This document shows, piece after piece, positions 52,108 to 61,547 of a DNA stretch of 64,000 nucleotides. The notes below the pieces were generated by a model. That model made no database searches, had not been told where the DNA came from, and worked only from the letters and a program-made list of their open reading frames with translations. The first letter of the stretch is position 1. The number at the start of each line of letters is the position of its first letter. This DNA comes from Promethearchaeota archaeon (GTDB lineage Archaea; Asgardarchaeota; Lokiarchaeia; Sigyniarchaeales; SOKP01). The translations under genes and the position numbers were made by a program. The stretch is from the NCBI GenBank assembly GCA_048941285.1, contig JBHLNS010000001.1:32001-96000 (forward strand), given 5' to 3'.

Positions 52108-52791
52108 ATGGCTCTTTTTACTGATCCAATAATTAATTGTGAATCTAAAAATGTTTATACTCCTTCTGATGATACATATCTATTATTAGATTATTTCAAA
52201 TCCCATATTGATTCTTTATCTTTTGATGGAATAAGGATAAGTGAGATTAAAAATATTCTTGATATGGGCACGGGAACTGGAATAATTGCGATTTTCTTTC
52301 AGTTAATAAAAATGGAATACCTAAACTTTGATCCAAAAATTTATGCTTCAGATATTTTAGATGAAGCAATAAAGTGTGCAGAATTGAATCAGAAATTAAA
52401 TGGAATTAATCATGAGTTAATTTTCCTACATTCAAATTTATTTAATTCTTTCCCAGATACTTTAAAGCATTCCTTTAATATAATTGTATTTAATCCCCCC
52501 TACTTACCATCTTCGAAATTAATCAAAGCGGGAGAAAAAAAAGATATTGATTATAGTTGGGATGGGGGAATTAAGGGATATGAAGTATTAATTAATTTTC
52601 TCAAGAGTGCTAAATTCTTTTTAACTTTGAAAAAAGAGCATTATATTTATTGTATTACTTCAAGTAGTTCAAATTCAAAAGGCATAGAAAAAAGAATCGC
52701 AGATTTAGGTTATAAAAACGAAATTGCAGAAGAAAAACATTTTTTCTTTGAAGATCTCTACTTGAATAGACTAAGATATAAGAAATACTAA
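52108..52791 (+). CDS. HemK2/Mtq2-like protein methyltransferase
   Basis: VYTPSDDTYLL, LDMGTGTG, FNPPYLP, WDGG. Confidence 0.88.
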   Translation: MALFTDPIINCESKNVYTPSDDTYLLLDYFKSHIDSLSFDGIRISEIKNILDMGTGTGIIAIFFQLIKMEYLNFDPKIYASDILDEAIKCAELNQKLNGINHELIFLHSNLFNSFPDTLKHSFNIIVFNPPYLPSSKLIKAGEKKDIDYSWDGGIKGYEVLINFLKSAKFFLTLKKEHYIYCITSSSSNSKGIEKRIADLGYKNEIAEEKHFFFEDLYLNRLRYKKY

Positions 52792-54068
52792 AAAGGTCGT
52801 CGATTTCGTCTTTTTTCTAATAAAGAAATGCCATGAGCATTAAGGCTCCTGGTTAAATTGTTAAATAATATATTAACTTCTGAGGATTTAAATACAGCTC
52901 TTCTATGTGCTTCAATTTGGGGGATTGGTAAACCATAATGTTCATTCAAACTTGATATTGGTAATAGAATCGAAGTAATTAAATCTGCTATCTCTGTAGC
53001 CTTTTTATATGAATGTTTTTCATCCATAAAAAATTCAATTCTACAAGGTGCATCATTTCGAGCTGTTTTAAGATAGAAAGCATAAAAGGACAGAGGGAAA
53101 TAATATGGAATTTCTTTTTTGATCCCTGTATCTCGTATTTTATCAATTTCTCTTTTACAATTAAAAATGCAGCTTCTTTCGGATTTATTCATTATTCTAT
53201 TAAATAAATCTAGATCTGAAAAATATTCCATTACTTTTCGATAATCTACTTTAATAAAATCAGTTAATCTTGAGTAATTAGGCTTTAATAACTGGATAGA
53301 TTCTCTTAATAGATGGCACAATGCAGAAGTCCTTGTATCCTTAATCGAACCAATTAATAATATCCCTTTTTCTTTACAATTTAAATATAATTTGTGATAT
53401 TCTCTTAATAATCTGTCATAGTTTTTAGAAATTTCAGGATCTTTAGAAAATACTAAATTTATTGGCATAATAACAATAGAACCATCAATTATTATCATAT
53501 CAATATCAGAGGATTTTTCAATCATATTATTTAAAAGGTTGATTTCCATGAATGTCATATCAATAGAGATTTTATTTTCAACGGCTATGTCGTCTTGATT
53601 AAATAAATTGCCTTGAACTAAATAATTATTAAAACCATTAAGATCAGGATAATATGCAATATTTGCAATATGATTTTTTTTAAAATAATATTTTACTGCA
53701 ATAGCCTTTAAGAATGAGAAATCTACATTTGCATATTTCTTTGTTACAGAACTTCCATCTACACTTACTACGTTTAAACCCCTAATATTTGCAGATTGAC
53801 CAACCTTTTTCAAAAATTCTTCTTTTATATAAAATTTGGGAAAATTAATAAATTGAGTAAAATCTAACTCATTCAAATTTTTAAGAATTATTTTAACAAA
53901 TGAATTCTTTATTTTTTCAAGTGCTAAATATTCTTCTACAATTAATTTAAGGTGATTATGGAGAAGTTGCTCTTTTGTTAAACCAACATTATTAATAGCT
54001 TTATTATCATGAGAGAAATTTTCTAGCTTTGTATTTTCTAAACTAATATACTTATCCCTAATTGTCAT
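52788..54068 (-). CDS. nurA: NurA-family DNA double-strand break repair nuclease
   Basis: VDGS, ME, IIDGSI, IKD, RIEF, YGLPIPQIEAHRRA. Confidence 0.82.
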   Translation of the reverse strand: MTIRDKYISLENTKLENFSHDNKAINNVGLTKEQLLHNHLKLIVEEYLALEKIKNSFVKIILKNLNELDFTQFINFPKFYIKEEFLKKVGQSANIRGLNVVSVDGSSVTKKYANVDFSFLKAIAVKYYFKKNHIANIAYYPDLNGFNNYLVQGNLFNQDDIAVENKISIDMTFMEINLLNNMIEKSSDIDMIIIDGSIVIMPINLVFSKDPEISKNYDRLLREYHKLYLNCKEKGILLIGSIKDTRTSALCHLLRESIQLLKPNYSRLTDFIKVDYRKVMEYFSDLDLFNRIMNKSERSCIFNCKREIDKIRDTGIKKEIPYYFPLSFYAFYLKTARNDAPCRIEFFMDEKHSYKKATEIADLITSILLPISSLNEHYGLPIPQIEAHRRAVFKSSEVNILFNNLTRSLNAHGISLLEKRRNRRPF

Positions 54069-54161
54069 AAACCTACAAAAAATAGAATTAATAATAATTA
54101 TAATGAGATCTTTAATTTTTTGATTTTTAAGTATTAAATTTCAAATAAAATATTTCATAAA

Positions 54162-54803
54162 ATGACTCTAAAATTAGGAGAAAATACTTGGATTTTAATC
54201 GGCTTAATGTTCTTAGAGGTTTCTTTTGTTGTTTTCCCTGCTTTAGTTTCCAGTAAATTGATGAAGACATCCTTTATAAATGAAATAAATGAGATGGGTT
54301 TTCAAAAAAATAAGAAACTGTTTATAAAAATAATCTCGGGTTTAGCTTTTGGTCTTTTATTTTTCTTTTTAAGTGGTGTTATCATCACTTTTTTTAGAGA
54401 TTTTATTGTAAGAAATTTATTCGGCAACGAATTTGTTGAGCTTGCTGAAATAGGAGCTATTGACACAGCACCTATTCAACCTAACCTAATGCAATTGGTT
54501 ATCTTAATAATTATCCAAATGATCATAACTGGGCCATGTGAAGAAGCCTTCTTCAGGGGATTTCTCATTAAAAAATTTAACCTCAAATTAAAATCTACCT
54601 ACTCAATTTTAATTTCATCCATTTTTTTTTCTCTGTATCATGTTCCACCGTTTTTAGTACCTTTACCGACGATTATAATGTTTTTTGGATATTATTTTAC
54701 TTTCGGACTTTTATTATCGTCTATTTTCATAATTTTCAATTATTCAATAATACCATGCTCTATTGCCCATTCCTTTTTTAATATCTTATTAATATTAATT
54801 TGA
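54162..54803 (+). CDS. CPBP/Abi-family intramembrane metalloprotease
   Basis: EEAFFRG, FSLYH, AHSFFN motifs intact. Confidence 0.88.
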   Translation: MTLKLGENTWILIGLMFLEVSFVVFPALVSSKLMKTSFINEINEMGFQKNKKLFIKIISGLAFGLLFFFLSGVIITFFRDFIVRNLFGNEFVELAEIGAIDTAPIQPNLMQLVILIIIQMIITGPCEEAFFRGFLIKKFNLKLKSTYSILISSIFFSLYHVPPFLVPLPTIIMFFGYYFTFGLLLSSIFIIFNYSIIPCSIAHSFFNILLILI

Positions 54804-54954
54804 TTTCAAGCAAGAAATTAAAATTTTTAAATTAGACAAAAATTAATTAATATTAGGTATATTAATATCATAAAATAAAATTTAATCTGCCTTAATACAA
54901 AATTTTAATCAATCTGCGTAGCTAACGAATAAAAACCGTAAAAATAATAAAATA

Positions 54955-55494
54955 TTGATTAGATTGACACAATACGATTACACGTTTAAAGTATTAATGT
55001 TAGGAGATGCTTCTGTAGGTAAAACATCTCTTACAATAAGATATATTTCGGGTTTTTTCCAAGAAGACTTGAAATTAACGATCGGAGTGGATTTCTATTC
55101 AAAGACAACTAATTTCAAAGATAAAAAAGTAAAACTGCAAATATGGGATTTTGGAGGGGAAGAACGATTTCGATTTTTACTCTCTCAATATTGTAAAGGT
55201 GCTAATGGTGCTTTTTTTTTGTATGATATTACTAATCAATTATCATTAAATCACCTTCCTGATTGGACACAAGTTATTAGAGAGCATTCAGGAGATATTC
55301 CAATAATGCTAATTGGCTCTAAGGTAGATCTTGATGAATTTAGAGTAGTTCCTAGAGATGACGGCATACTAGCAGCAAAAAAGTATAATCTCGCTTCATT
55401 TGTAGAATTATCATCGAAAACAGGAGCCAATGTTGAAAAAACTTTTAATGTAATGACTGAAATTCTTTTGAAAAAGTTTTCAAACGAGTTTTAA
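54955..55494 (+). CDS. Rab-like small GTPase
   Basis: YDYTFKVLMLGDASVGKTS, TIGVDF, WDFGGE, SKVD, SSKTG. Confidence 0.92.
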   Translation: MIRLTQYDYTFKVLMLGDASVGKTSLTIRYISGFFQEDLKLTIGVDFYSKTTNFKDKKVKLQIWDFGGEERFRFLLSQYCKGANGAFFLYDITNQLSLNHLPDWTQVIREHSGDIPIMLIGSKVDLDEFRVVPRDDGILAAKKYNLASFVELSSKTGANVEKTFNVMTEILLKKFSNEF

Positions 55495-55600
55495 ATCTTA
55501 TTTCTTTATCGCTATTCATATTATTATTTATTAATTAATAGACACATCTTTATAATACATAAGTTCATTAAATAACTATAAATAAATAGAGATAATACAT

Positions 55601-56134
55601 ATGGGAGATCCTAACAAAGAAGAACCTCCAAGACCTAAAGGATTGAATATAAACACCCAGGCACCATTGTTCGATACTATGGATATTTATGAAAATCCTT
55701 TGAATCTAAATGATCTTCTCAAGATTTATGATGGAGTTATGATAGACTTTTTCAGAGGAAATTGGTGAAGTCATTGTAAAAAACACTTAAAACTGCTGAC
55801 TGAAAATATATCTGAGTTTCAAAAAAGAAAAATTAAGTTAATCTCTATTGCCAGTGATAGTGTAAGGCTTTTAAGGAAATTCAAAGAAGAAAATAATTTT
55901 GATGTTGATATGATTTCTGATAGAGGTGCTAAAATAGCAAAACAATATGATGTTTACTGGTTTGCACCTGGTGGAGGAAAAGATTATAAAATAAAACAAG
56001 CAGTTCCCAGTAAATTCTTAATCGATAAAACAAACAAAATTATTTGGAAACATATAGGAAAAGATAAAACAGACAGACCTTCAATTGAAATGATGACCAA
56101 TATAATTGATAAATATATTAAAAATCCCCATTAA
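55601..56134 (+). CDS. Peroxiredoxin-like (AhpC/TSA, thioredoxin fold) selenoprotein, Sec at codon 56
   Basis: ATG 55601; FFRGNW-TGA(55766-55768)-SHC = UxxC; coding continues in frame (LISIASD, MISD, PSKFLIDK) to TAA 56134; SECIS follows. Confidence 0.9.
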
Positions 56135-56189
56135 GAATGATTTAAGTGTTAAAAAGTGAGACACTCAAGGACAACCTTGCGCGGGTTTT
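56122..56189 (+). promoter_or_regulatory. Eukaryote-type SECIS element in the 3' UTR
   Basis: AUGA 56137-40; stem UUUAAGUGUU (56141-50) with GACACUCAAG (56160-69), one mismatch; loop begins AAAAA; GA 56170-71 completes the kink-turn core; imperfect lower stem. Confidence 0.82.
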
Positions 56190-56285
56190 GGGATATTATA
56201 TTTTTTTTAATAAGATTAAAAATTTATAAAACTTCATTTTTGGAGAGTTAATTTATTAAAATTAAATGTTTTTTTAAAAACCATA

Positions 56286-56939
56286 ATGAAAATTTCATGA
56301 TTACAACCAGAAATAATAAGAGGAGATCTGCAGCATAATGTGAAAAAGATTCAAAATTTAATAAATAAAAGTAAAGGAGATTTGTTGGTATTACCAGAAT
56401 ATGTATTAACTGGGTCACTTGTAATGGATAGTAAAGCTAATGTTATAGAGTGGAGTAAAAAATCTGAATACGCAAAAAGTAACCTTAAAGTTCCTAATGG
56501 TAAAATTCTTTTACTGAATTTTTTAAAAAGGATAAATAATAGACTTTATAATATAATTGAGCTATTTCCAACAAGTGATTACCAAATAAAAGTCTACCCT
56601 GATGATATTGAAAAAAAAAATGGAATAAAATCTGGTAAAGAACATAAAATATTTGAATTCTTTAATAAAAAATTTAAAATTTTAATCTGTATGGATTTTA
56701 AATTTATTGATACTATTCCAATTGATAATATTGATTTTTTTATATGGATTTATCATTTTACAGAGGAAAATTATCCAAGAATGCTGAAATTATTAAAGTA
56801 TTATGTTAAAAATAAGAATATACCAATATTAGCAAGTAGCTTAGTAAGTGATAAAAACTGTGGATTTAGTACTTATATTGATAATAAGAAGGTTGTTACT
56901 TTATCTAATTTTGAAGGTATACTTGAAATAGAATTGTAA
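56286..56939 (+). CDS. Carbon-nitrogen hydrolase (nitrilase superfamily) with in-frame TGA at codon 5 (recoded or pseudogene)
   Basis: ATG AAA ATT TCA TGA TTA CAA CCA = MKIS*LQP..GDLQHN; triad E (LPEY), K (KVYP), C (LICMD). Confidence 0.72.
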
Positions 56940-56954
56940 GAATTTTATATTAAG

Positions 56955-57137
56955 CTAATGATTAAATCTTACATATTTAATGTGCTTTTTGATTAAATTA
57001 TTATACCGAAATCCTGTTTCATATTTATTACCACACTTAGAGCAATAATATTGAGTGCAATTTAAACAGTTTTCACGATGTACAATATAGTCACTCATAA
57101 GATCTCCACACTTCTCACATTTTGTGCTTGATGACAT
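56955..57137 (-). CDS. Small Zn-finger protein
   Basis: CEKC, CLNC, CSKC in 60 aa. Confidence 0.6.
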   Translation of the reverse strand: MSSSTKCEKCGDLMSDYIVHRENCLNCTQYYCSKCGNKYETGFRYNNLIKKHIKYVRFNH

Positions 57138-57229
57138 AAGATAAAACTATGATCTAAAATCTATTTAAAATAAATAGGTAAGATGATTTTGTAATAAAAC
57201 AAAAAGTGGTTTTGGTAATTTTTATTTAC

Positions 57230-58075
57230 CTAAATCCTTCCTTGCTCAACTTTTACATAGCTAGCTTCCATATAAAATCCAAGAAAAATGACACCGAATA
57301 TGATTAAATCAATTACTTCTACTACATTTATATAAGATGTATTTTCCCCTAGAACACGTTGAAAAACAGGCCTTAATATCTGGGATAGTAAATATGCAGC
57401 AAACCCAATCATCAATATAAGAGAATTTACCTGAGAAAGGCGCTTGTTTTTATGTGAAAAAGCAAAAAGCCATACAATTACCAACAAAGAAGGGATTACT
57501 ACTGCAGGTAATAGAAAACTTATTGACAGTGTATTAGGAACTATTATTACAGCAGTGGATTCAACGATAACAACAATTATGACTATTAGTAAACTTGTTT
57601 TGTTTCTAGATGATTCGTCCCTAAGATTTTGAAACCTATCTCGTAATGAGAGCGAGAATAAGATCATTGTAATACTTAAATAAATCAATGAGAGTACTGT
57701 AAAAATGATAATAAAATACCTAATCTTAATAACAAATAAATTCAGTGGTTCTGTAAAGTATAAATAGGTGAAGTCAAAGAATAAATCAATCATTTTCCCA
57801 AACGTTAAAAGAATAAAAAAGATCGCAAACAAAAAAGGAAGATCTGAGAGAAATTGTGTCTCTTGTTTAAACCATTTGTAAAACATATACATTGAACTTC
57901 CCAGCAAAATCAGAATTCTGACTAAGACAATAATAACGACTAACTCCATTCCTTGAATTTCATTATAAGCTTGAATTATGATCGGGAGATTCAGAAAATA
58001 AAGCATAAAAATCAATATAAAACCTATTAAAGACCCTAATGAAAGCGCTAACTTGTACCAATTACTTTTTTTCAT
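57230..58075 (-). CDS. Hypothetical multi-pass membrane protein
   Basis: About 8 TM segments; GAGG SD upstream. Confidence 0.72.
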   Translation of the reverse strand: MKKSNWYKLALSLGSLIGFILIFMLYFLNLPIIIQAYNEIQGMELVVIIVLVRILILLGSSMYMFYKWFKQETQFLSDLPFLFAIFFILLTFGKMIDLFFDFTYLYFTEPLNLFVIKIRYFIIIFTVLSLIYLSITMILFSLSLRDRFQNLRDESSRNKTSLLIVIIVVIVESTAVIIVPNTLSISFLLPAVVIPSLLVIVWLFAFSHKNKRLSQVNSLILMIGFAAYLLSQILRPVFQRVLGENTSYINVVEVIDLIIFGVIFLGFYMEASYVKVEQGRI

Positions 58076-58250
58076 TTAAATTAACCTCTTTTTAAAACTA
58101 AATTTAATCACCAGTTTTTTCTAAATTATTAATAAAAAGTAATCTCTTTTTTCATCAATCTATCACAAACTATCTTCGAGAAAAAGACCTAAACTCATAC
58201 AACGGATAAAAAAAAAAAAATTAGATTATTAAGAAAATATAATTTTTTCC

Positions 58251-58796
58251 TCACTTCTTAATTCTTTTAATTATAAGAACAACTAATCCAACTAAAAAAT
58301 ATGCTATGGCCGCAAATAAAAAACTAAACTTAAATAAAGCACAAAATGACGCCATAAAAGAGTTAATAACCGAAATTGAGGTCGGAGTCCCTAACATTGT
58401 TAATAAATTAGTATTTTCGATAACATCTAAAATCCCTGTTAAAAATGGTGTTAATGCAAAATACAAACCTATAGATTGGAGTTTACCCTCTGATTTCCTT
58501 AATACGAGTGTTATTAAACCGAATGACAAGGAAACATAACCCACTATAAATAAGAAATCCCAACATATAGCTATAAACTGACTTGCAATTCCTGCAACTC
58601 CCCATGTTAAAAATATTAACTCAACTTTATCTGGATTCCAAGCGAATTCGAAATCAAGAATCCCATATGTTAGTAAGCCAAATTCGATAGGAATAAAAAT
58701 TAGTAAATAGATTAATAACACCATCACTAAACCTATTATAACCATTAAAATCGCATATTTGTCTTTTGGAGACTTTTTAAGCCTGTTTAAAAACAT
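58251..58796 (-). CDS. Hypothetical membrane protein
   Basis: 4 TM segments with DFLFI..Y, DVIEN and K-in-helix motifs typical of a conserved small membrane family. Confidence 0.7.
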   Translation of the reverse strand: MFLNRLKKSPKDKYAILMVIIGLVMVLLIYLLIFIPIEFGLLTYGILDFEFAWNPDKVELIFLTWGVAGIASQFIAICWDFLFIVGYVSLSFGLITLVLRKSEGKLQSIGLYFALTPFLTGILDVIENTNLLTMLGTPTSISVINSFMASFCALFKFSFLFAAIAYFLVGLVVLIIKRIKK

Positions 58797-58962
58797 TTTC
58801 TCTTCACATTATTATTAATCATAATTATGAATATATTCTGTTAATAATTTTATTTAAAATTAGCAAAATTCTTCATAGAAGTTAATTAAATAAAAGATGA
58901 ATAAAAAAAATAAAAAAAGCTGAAAATATTAAAATCGCATAAATAAAATCAATCTGTATGAA

Positions 58963-59169
58963 TTAGATTAATCCAATAGCGATTTTCATATCTGCAGCAG
59001 TAACTTTCTTTCTACCGGAGTGTTTTGCAATATCAAGCGCGCAACCAGTTAAATTTTTAGCATATTCCTCTAAATAATCCATTAATTTATCAACTGCGGC
59101 TCGGCTTACGATTTCCGCTCCGGCTTTTTTCATTAGAGCCCGTAATGGACTCCATGCAAATGCAGCCAT
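58963..59169 (-). CDS. Archaeal histone (HMf-type, no tail)
   Basis: LRALMKKAGAEIVSRAA...AKHSGRKKVTAADM histone fold; GGAGG SD. Confidence 0.93.
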   Translation of the reverse strand: MAAFAWSPLRALMKKAGAEIVSRAAVDKLMDYLEEYAKNLTGCALDIAKHSGRKKVTAADMKIAIGLI

Positions 59170-59682
59170 TTTTTTTTTCCTCCACTATAATTATATTTGT
59201 TTTTTAAATCTTTTTTTTAAAATGTATTTAAATTTTAATTAGTATTTCTTATATTTAAATGTGTTGGTTGATCATCCTTAATTCGATACTTCTGATCAAT
59301 CAAATACAGTCGACAAAAAAAATTGACGAAAAAAACTTATAAATTTTTTACTAGTCTTTTCAAATAACTAGAAATGGTTAATTTTTGATTTCAGATAACA
59401 CAATTATGGGATCAATACAATTAACTTTATTATATTTTGGTTCAATATATTAACCAAATCATTATAAACATGATAATAGATAAAAGATCAGGTATATAAT
59501 CGAGCCGAAAATCTACATAATAATAATTGTGAAGTATTAATAATTACCTTTCAAAAATATTAGATTTTAATTATTAATTTTTTTTAAATAAATTTAAAAT
59601 TTTAAGAAACCTTCCTAATAATTTTATTATAATTTACTTTAATTAGATTTAAGTAAAAGATATCAAATTCAAGTATATAAAA

Positions 59683-60753
59683 ATGAGTGAAATTAAACCA
59701 ATAGTTTTAGTTGTGTCTGATATTCATTTAGGTTCTTTGGATTGCAGAAGGGATTTGTTTATTCAATTTTTAACTAAAATTACTAATGGAACATTTGGAA
59801 ATAAATTACAAGCACTTATTATATTGGGAGATTTTATTGATTTATGTACCGATATCCCTAAGACCCTATTAGAAAGGAAAAAAATCCAAATTATATTCTC
59901 GCTTTTAATGGAAATTAAAAAAAAAATAAATGTCATTTTCGTACTTGGAAATCATGAAATCCCAGTTACGGGAGATTATGATCTAAAATTTAAAAGTCGA
60001 AAAGATAAGTTTCTAAAAAGATTTGAGAGTAGCAATTTCAATGAATTATTTGACAGAGAGTTTTTCTGTCAATATTTAATACTAAAAAAATCCAATAATG
60101 AGGATCTGCTATTATTATATAATTCACGAGATCAAATTGAAGAAAATCCTATTAATAAAGTTAGAATTCATGGTTTAGAATTAGAGAATGATTATGAATG
60201 TTTTATGACACATGGTTATCAGTTTGACAGTGATATATATCGGTTTTTTATAGGGCATATATGGAAATCCTTAATAACTAATAATAAGTTTGAGATCAAA
60301 GAGACTTATGATTACTTCTGGAATGAAGTTATAAAGAATGAAAGAAAGATTAAACCGATCACTTTTGAAAACATGAAAATGGAATTAGCTAGGTTAAAAA
60401 ATAAATCTTTAGAATTCATAAATATGCTTTTTACTGAGTTAAGTTATTTAGAATTTAATTTAATTAAAGCAAATATGCGTGTATTGAAAAATTGGCATCG
60501 AGCAAGTAAACCGGATTATTATTTTGATGAAATAAAATCTTTTTTTGAAAATAAACATTATAATTTTTCAAAAATAAATCATATTATTTATGGACATACT
60601 CATCACAGTGGAATGGCTTATGGAAATATTAACAATCAGAGAGTAGAGATAATTAATGATGGTGCTTGGCAACATGTGATCCCTTCTTATGTAGAAATTC
60701 TCATAAAAGGAGATTTAATATTAAGATCTTTTTCAAATGCAATTAAATCATAA
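59683..60753 (+). CDS. Calcineurin-like metallophosphoesterase
   Basis: SDIHLG, GDFID, GNHE, THG, GHTH, NDGAW. Confidence 0.88.
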   Translation: MSEIKPIVLVVSDIHLGSLDCRRDLFIQFLTKITNGTFGNKLQALIILGDFIDLCTDIPKTLLERKKIQIIFSLLMEIKKKINVIFVLGNHEIPVTGDYDLKFKSRKDKFLKRFESSNFNELFDREFFCQYLILKKSNNEDLLLLYNSRDQIEENPINKVRIHGLELENDYECFMTHGYQFDSDIYRFFIGHIWKSLITNNKFEIKETYDYFWNEVIKNERKIKPITFENMKMELARLKNKSLEFINMLFTELSYLEFNLIKANMRVLKNWHRASKPDYYFDEIKSFFENKHYNFSKINHIIYGHTHHSGMAYGNINNQRVEIINDGAWQHVIPSYVEILIKGDLILRSFSNAIKS

Positions 60754-60798
60754 AAATTAAGAAAATTTTGAATCTTTTCAACTCTGATTTATTTTTAA

Positions 60799-61488
60799 AT
60801 GTTCAAAACCTATAAATCCAAGCTTTTATTTTTAAATAATAAGTTTATTTTTTTAAAGTATAATAAAACTATTAATCTCATGTCTGAGCAGATACGTACT
60901 CCTTCTGAGATAAATGATAAAGAAAAACCAGTTTATATTTTTAAAATCACAATTTTGGGTCAGGAACGAGTAGGGAAAACGTGTATTGCAAGAAGATTAT
61001 GTTTTAATACATTTGATGTAAATACAAAAGAGACACTAGGAATCGAATTCTATACAAAAGATCTTCCGATTATTGTTGATGGAGAAGAATCATTCATTCG
61101 ACTTAGTATATGGGATTTTGGAGGACGTGAACAATTCAAAAAATTATTTCCTTATTATATTAACGGCGCTAATGGATTATTTATGGTTTTTAATCTTATT
61201 GATCTCCAAACATTATTAAGATTAGACTGGTGGTATGAAAAGCTTTCAGAATATAATCATGCAAATACACCAAGAATGTGTATTGGTGCTAAGAATGATC
61301 TTGTGAAAACTGCAGATGAAAAATCTAAAGTAGATGATTTAGTAATTAAAAGGTTTATGGAAAGACATGAAGAGAATGATTTTTATAAAACTTCTTCGAA
61401 AGAGGATTATAATATCAAAGTAATTTTTAAAGAACTTGTCATAAAAATATTAGAAAGAAATAAACTTGACTATGATAGACTAATTTAA
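60799..61488 (+). CDS. Rab-like small GTPase (likely start ATG 60880)
   Basis: GQERVGKT, TLGIEF, WDFGGR, AKND, TSSK. Confidence 0.88.
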   Translation: MFKTYKSKLLFLNNKFIFLKYNKTINLMSEQIRTPSEINDKEKPVYIFKITILGQERVGKTCIARRLCFNTFDVNTKETLGIEFYTKDLPIIVDGEESFIRLSIWDFGGREQFKKLFPYYINGANGLFMVFNLIDLQTLLRLDWWYEKLSEYNHANTPRMCIGAKNDLVKTADEKSKVDDLVIKRFMERHEENDFYKTSSKEDYNIKVIFKELVIKILERNKLDYDRLI

Positions 61489-61547
61489 AGAACTTTATGG
61501 GCTAGTTTTTAAAAGATCTCATTTTTTATAATATCAATACAATTAAT

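Noticed and set aside
55766-56300. Genome-wide UGA reassignment (Trp/Gly) as the explanation for the two in-frame UGAs
   Set aside because: TGG is used for Trp throughout, and TGA ends genes at the expected positions (e.g. rpl21e 50037, rpoF 50428); genes are otherwise uninterrupted
56958-56994. Possible second SECIS (ATGA...TGAT) after the nitrilase gene
   Set aside because: The intervening helix pairs poorly, there is no properly placed apical AA, and it overlaps the antisense Zn-finger ORF
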